64,000 nt of DNA from Centroscyllium fabricii (taxonomy: Eukaryota): positions 138,074,001 to 138,138,000 of the forward strand of contig JBNRSN020000013.1 of NCBI GenBank assembly GCA_051313645.2, written 5' to 3'. Position 1 is the first letter of the stretch; the number at the start of each line of letters is the position of its first letter. Shown piece by piece: positions 60,534 to 64,000 of this stretch. Under the pieces are notes generated by a model, which was not told the DNA's origin, made no database searches, and saw nothing but the letters and a program-made list of their open reading frames with translations. The translations under genes were made by a program, and so were the position numbers.

Positions 60534-62337
60534 GGTGGCAGCCGTGACTCAGTTGGTTCAACTCTTGTCTTGGGAGTCCGAAGTTTGTGTGGTTCAGGAA
60601 CCCGAGCATAAAATCGAGGCCGACACTCCAGTGCAGTGCTGAGGGAGTGCTGCACTGTCGGAGTTGCTGTCTTTCAGCTGAGACGTTAAACCGAGTTCCT
60701 GTCTGCAGATCCGGTGACCCCAATGTGTTATTTATGATAAGAGCCGGTGAGTTAACCCCAGCATCCTGGGGCTAATATTTATCTCTCAACCCACACCACT
60801 AGCGCTGTGCTCCGAGAAGAACAGTCGCCATGAAGGCGAGCTGTCTCAAAAAGTGACAGTTAGACCTACAATTCGGCGCCACCAGACCTCAAGAAAATCG
60901 GGAGGGTGTCCAGTGGATGGTCTAGATGTCGGGATGCGGGAAGTTGCTCGATCGCTGTCGGGCGGGGTTCGATGGATTCGGGAAGCCTATTTGTCGTCGG
61001 GCCGTGAGGTAGGCCGCAGGCCTCCGAACTTAGCTCGAGGAGTACGGGAGTTCAGAGGAATCGGGGGAGAAAACATGGCGTTGTGCAGTGAGGCAGTCCC
61101 TGAGACATCGATCACCGATACCGGAGGTGTGGTGTACGGGAGATATTGGGGGTGCCGGTATGGCGTGGTGCCGAGATGGAGACCCCCCAGGATATCTGAC
61201 ATCACTTCGGGAATTCGTTAGTTCGGGAGGTTTCGGGGTGCCAGCACGGCGTAGGGCCGTGAGGCAGCCCCCACTCGAGCCGTCGGACACCGCGCTTCGC
61301 ATCTTCGATGTTTGTCAACACTGGACTGAGCGTCGAATTGTAGTGTATGGAATGGAAGGAAGAGAAGGATAACATCATACTGAGAGGCCGGAGCTGCAGC
61401 GGACCCACGATGATGGCGCCGGAGTATGGCAGACGTTTTGCGGGATCCGTGCGTCGGAAGATCTCTCCTGGTCACTAAACACCTCCTCTCTGGTTAAGAA
61501 GGCCCAACAGCGCCTGTACTTCCTAAGGAAGCTGAAGAAAGCCAGGCTGTCATCCGGCATCCTCTCCAACTTCTACCGCTGCACAATAGAAAGCATACTG
61601 ACAAGCTGCATCACAGTCTGGTATGGAAATTGCACTATCTCGGACCGGAAAACCCTGCAGCGGGTAGTCAAAACTGCCCAACGAATTACCGGTACACAGC
61701 TACCGTCAATGGAAAGCATCTACCTCAAACGCTGCTTACGGAGGTCTCTGAACATTATTAAAGACCCCACACACCCCAGCCACAGTCTGTTCGCCCCCCT
61801 GCCCTCCGGGAGATGCTACAGAGCAATTTGCACCCGCACGACCAGATTTCAGAACAGCTTCTTCCCCAGGGCTGTCAGCCTCCTGAACTCTAAAAAGAAA
61901 CTCCGGTACCTGCACGCCTGATAATGTACTTTACTGTATGCAATTTGCATGTAATTTATTTATTTTATTTGCACTACTCTCGGGAGAGTCGAGTCTTCGT
62001 CTCGTTGTATTGTACTAGTACTCTGCAATGACAATAAAACTTGAATTGAATTGAATTGAATTGCCGTGCATCTTAGTGTTCTTGTTGTTGTTGTTGTATG
62101 GTGCGTGCGGATAGCAAAAATGCATTTTACTGTCTAGATTTCTGATTTAATGCATGTCACAATAAAATTTGAACTTGAACGGGAACTTGCTGTTTGTGGG
62201 ATCTTGCTGTGCGCAAATTGGCCGCCTCGTTTCCTACATTACAACAGTGACTACACTTCAAAAGTGCTTTGTTGGCTGTAAAGCGCTTTGGTACAGCCTG
62301 AGGTCGAGAAAGGTGCTGTATTGACGCGAATCTTTCT
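60534..62337 (+). mobile_element. Deu-domain SINE split by nested insertions
   Basis: Head 60534-60801; resumes at about 62187. Confidence 0.75.
61456..62063 (+). mobile_element. Rex1 LINE 3' fragment
   Basis: Near-identical to 51059-51654; (TTGAA)n tail; 9-bp TSD CCGTGCGTC/CCGTGCATC. Confidence 0.92.
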
Positions 62338-63015
62338 GCAAACGGTCCCTCTTCACATTACGAAAGTCGCTGCTAATTTGTACAGTGAAGGTGGGTTTAA
62401 AAATGACTGTGCCGCTCCCCTGCTGGCTGGGTTGGTAAATTCAATCTGAGAAGGAGTCAGATTCAATCACTGGCCTGTGCTGAGTTATCTGACCTCAGAT
62501 CAGCTTCAACGAAGGAGTGGTAATTTCAGGCGGTGCGTTGCTCCCGACCGCTATCCAGTGACCCCTGCTGGATAGCGCATGGGTGTGAAGAGCAGATGTG
62601 AGCAGTCAGTCTCCACATACCAGAGGACAGTTAGTGCTTCAGCTCAGACACTGGGGAACAACAGCAAACAGCCAGTGCTGGTGGAATCTCAACCCAGTGA
62701 CAGACATTGTCTTCAGGAGTTGTGAAAATTATGTTAAAAAAATACAAATGGGTAAATTGCATTCAAATAGCAGACCACTTCCAGATAATACCTCAATTCC
62801 TCACTAGAGGGCAATAAAGTCCAGTTAAAGATCTCTCCCAAGTTCAGACCGAGGTAGATTTTTACTGTATCAACAGCAGATGGCGCCAGGAGCTTACACT
62901 GGGCCTGATCTTCACCAAGACCAACAGATCAGGTTCCAGAAATAACAACAGAAAATGCTGGAAAAACTCAGCAGTTCAGGCAACATCCGTAAGAGAGAAA
63001 TAAGAGTCAACGTAT

Positions 63016-63502
63016 CATAGAAACATAGAAGATAGTAGCAGGAGTAGGCCATTCGGCCCTTCGAGCCTGCTCCGCCATTCAATGAGATCATGGCTGATCA
63101 TCCAAACCCAGTACCTTGTCCCTGCCCAGTCCCCATATCCCTCGATCACTATCGAGCCTACACCGACACATAGCCCACCCGATCCCCGTAACCCCACATA
63201 TTCAATCCCCCTAACACTAAGGGTCAATTTATCCTGGCCAATCAACCTAGCCCGCACATCTTTGGACTGTGGGAGGAAACCGGAGCACCCGGAGGAAACC
63301 CACGCAGACACGGGGAGAATAGAAGATAGGAGCAGGAGTAGGCCATTCGGCCCTTCGATCCTGCTCCGCCATTCAATGAGATCATGGCTGATCACACAGA
63401 ATGTGCAAACTCCACACAGATAGTCACCCGAGGCTGGATTTGAACCCGGGTCTCTAGTGCTGTGAGGCAACAGTGCTAACCACTATGCCACCATGCCGCC
63501 CA
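63016..63502 (-). mobile_element. HE1-type V-SINE with an extra nested tail fragment (about 63320-63397)
   Basis: Full SINE; internal duplicate tail flanked by AGAAT. Confidence 0.88.
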
Positions 63503-64000
63503 AATTAATTCTCCGCTCCACTCCCACTCTGATCTCTCTGTCTTTGGCCTATTACATTGTCCCACGGAAGCTCAGTGTAAGCTCCAGGAACAGCACCTCA
63601 TCTTCCCACTTCTCATCCCTTGTTCTCTCAGGTCAGGTTGGGACCCTTTATTGAGACTGAAATGAAACAGGATAGTAGGATAGAAGAGGGCTGTGAAGAT
63701 GAGGTGCTGTTCCTGGAGCTTACGCTGAGTTTCAGTGGAACAATGTAATAGGCCAAAGACAGAGAGATCAGAGTGGGAGTGAAGCGGAGAATTAAAGTGA
63801 CAGGCGACTGGAAACTCAGGGTCACCCTTGCGGACTGAACGGAGGTGTTCCGCAAAGCAGTCACCCAATCTGCATTTGGTCTCCCCAATGTAGAGGAGAC
63901 CACATCGTGAGCAGCGAATACAGTATACTAGATTGCAAGAAGTACAAGTAAATTGCTGCTTCACCTGGAAGGGATGTTTTGGGCCCTGGACAGTGGGAAG
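63503..64000 (-). pseudogene. Penelope-like element GIY-YIG endonuclease fragment with an inverted duplication
   Basis: FTCTSCNLVYCIRCSRCGLLYIGETKCRLGDCFAEHLRSV...PVACHF; 63503-63605 is an inverted copy of about 63696-63797. Confidence 0.88.

Overview
Eukaryotic, transposon-saturated DNA, almost certainly from a cartilaginous fish (HE1-type V-SINEs, SacSINE1/Deu-type SINEs, CR1/HER1, Rex1 and Penelope elements). I can support no host protein-coding gene. The window holds five Gypsy LTR retrotransposons, several solo LTRs, many CR1 and Rex1 LINE pieces, a decayed Harbinger transposon, several MITEs and a Penelope-derived inverted repeat with hammerhead ribozyme motifs. The most striking signal is a compact Gypsy lineage present as three divergent families (copies at 1-2126, 11292-14627, 21913-31101, 24693-29205). 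These elements have no tRNA primer-binding site. Instead, the 12-15 nt after the 5' LTR are perfectly complementary to the LTR's own poly(A)-signal segment, and the two arms co-vary between families. They also share a YLDN reverse-transcriptase motif, a hairpin over the polypurine tract and tandem YY1-like motifs in the gag-pro linker. One copy is intact with identical LTRs. All calls are by eye; no database searches were run, so novelty needs checking against Repbase/Dfam/GyDB.
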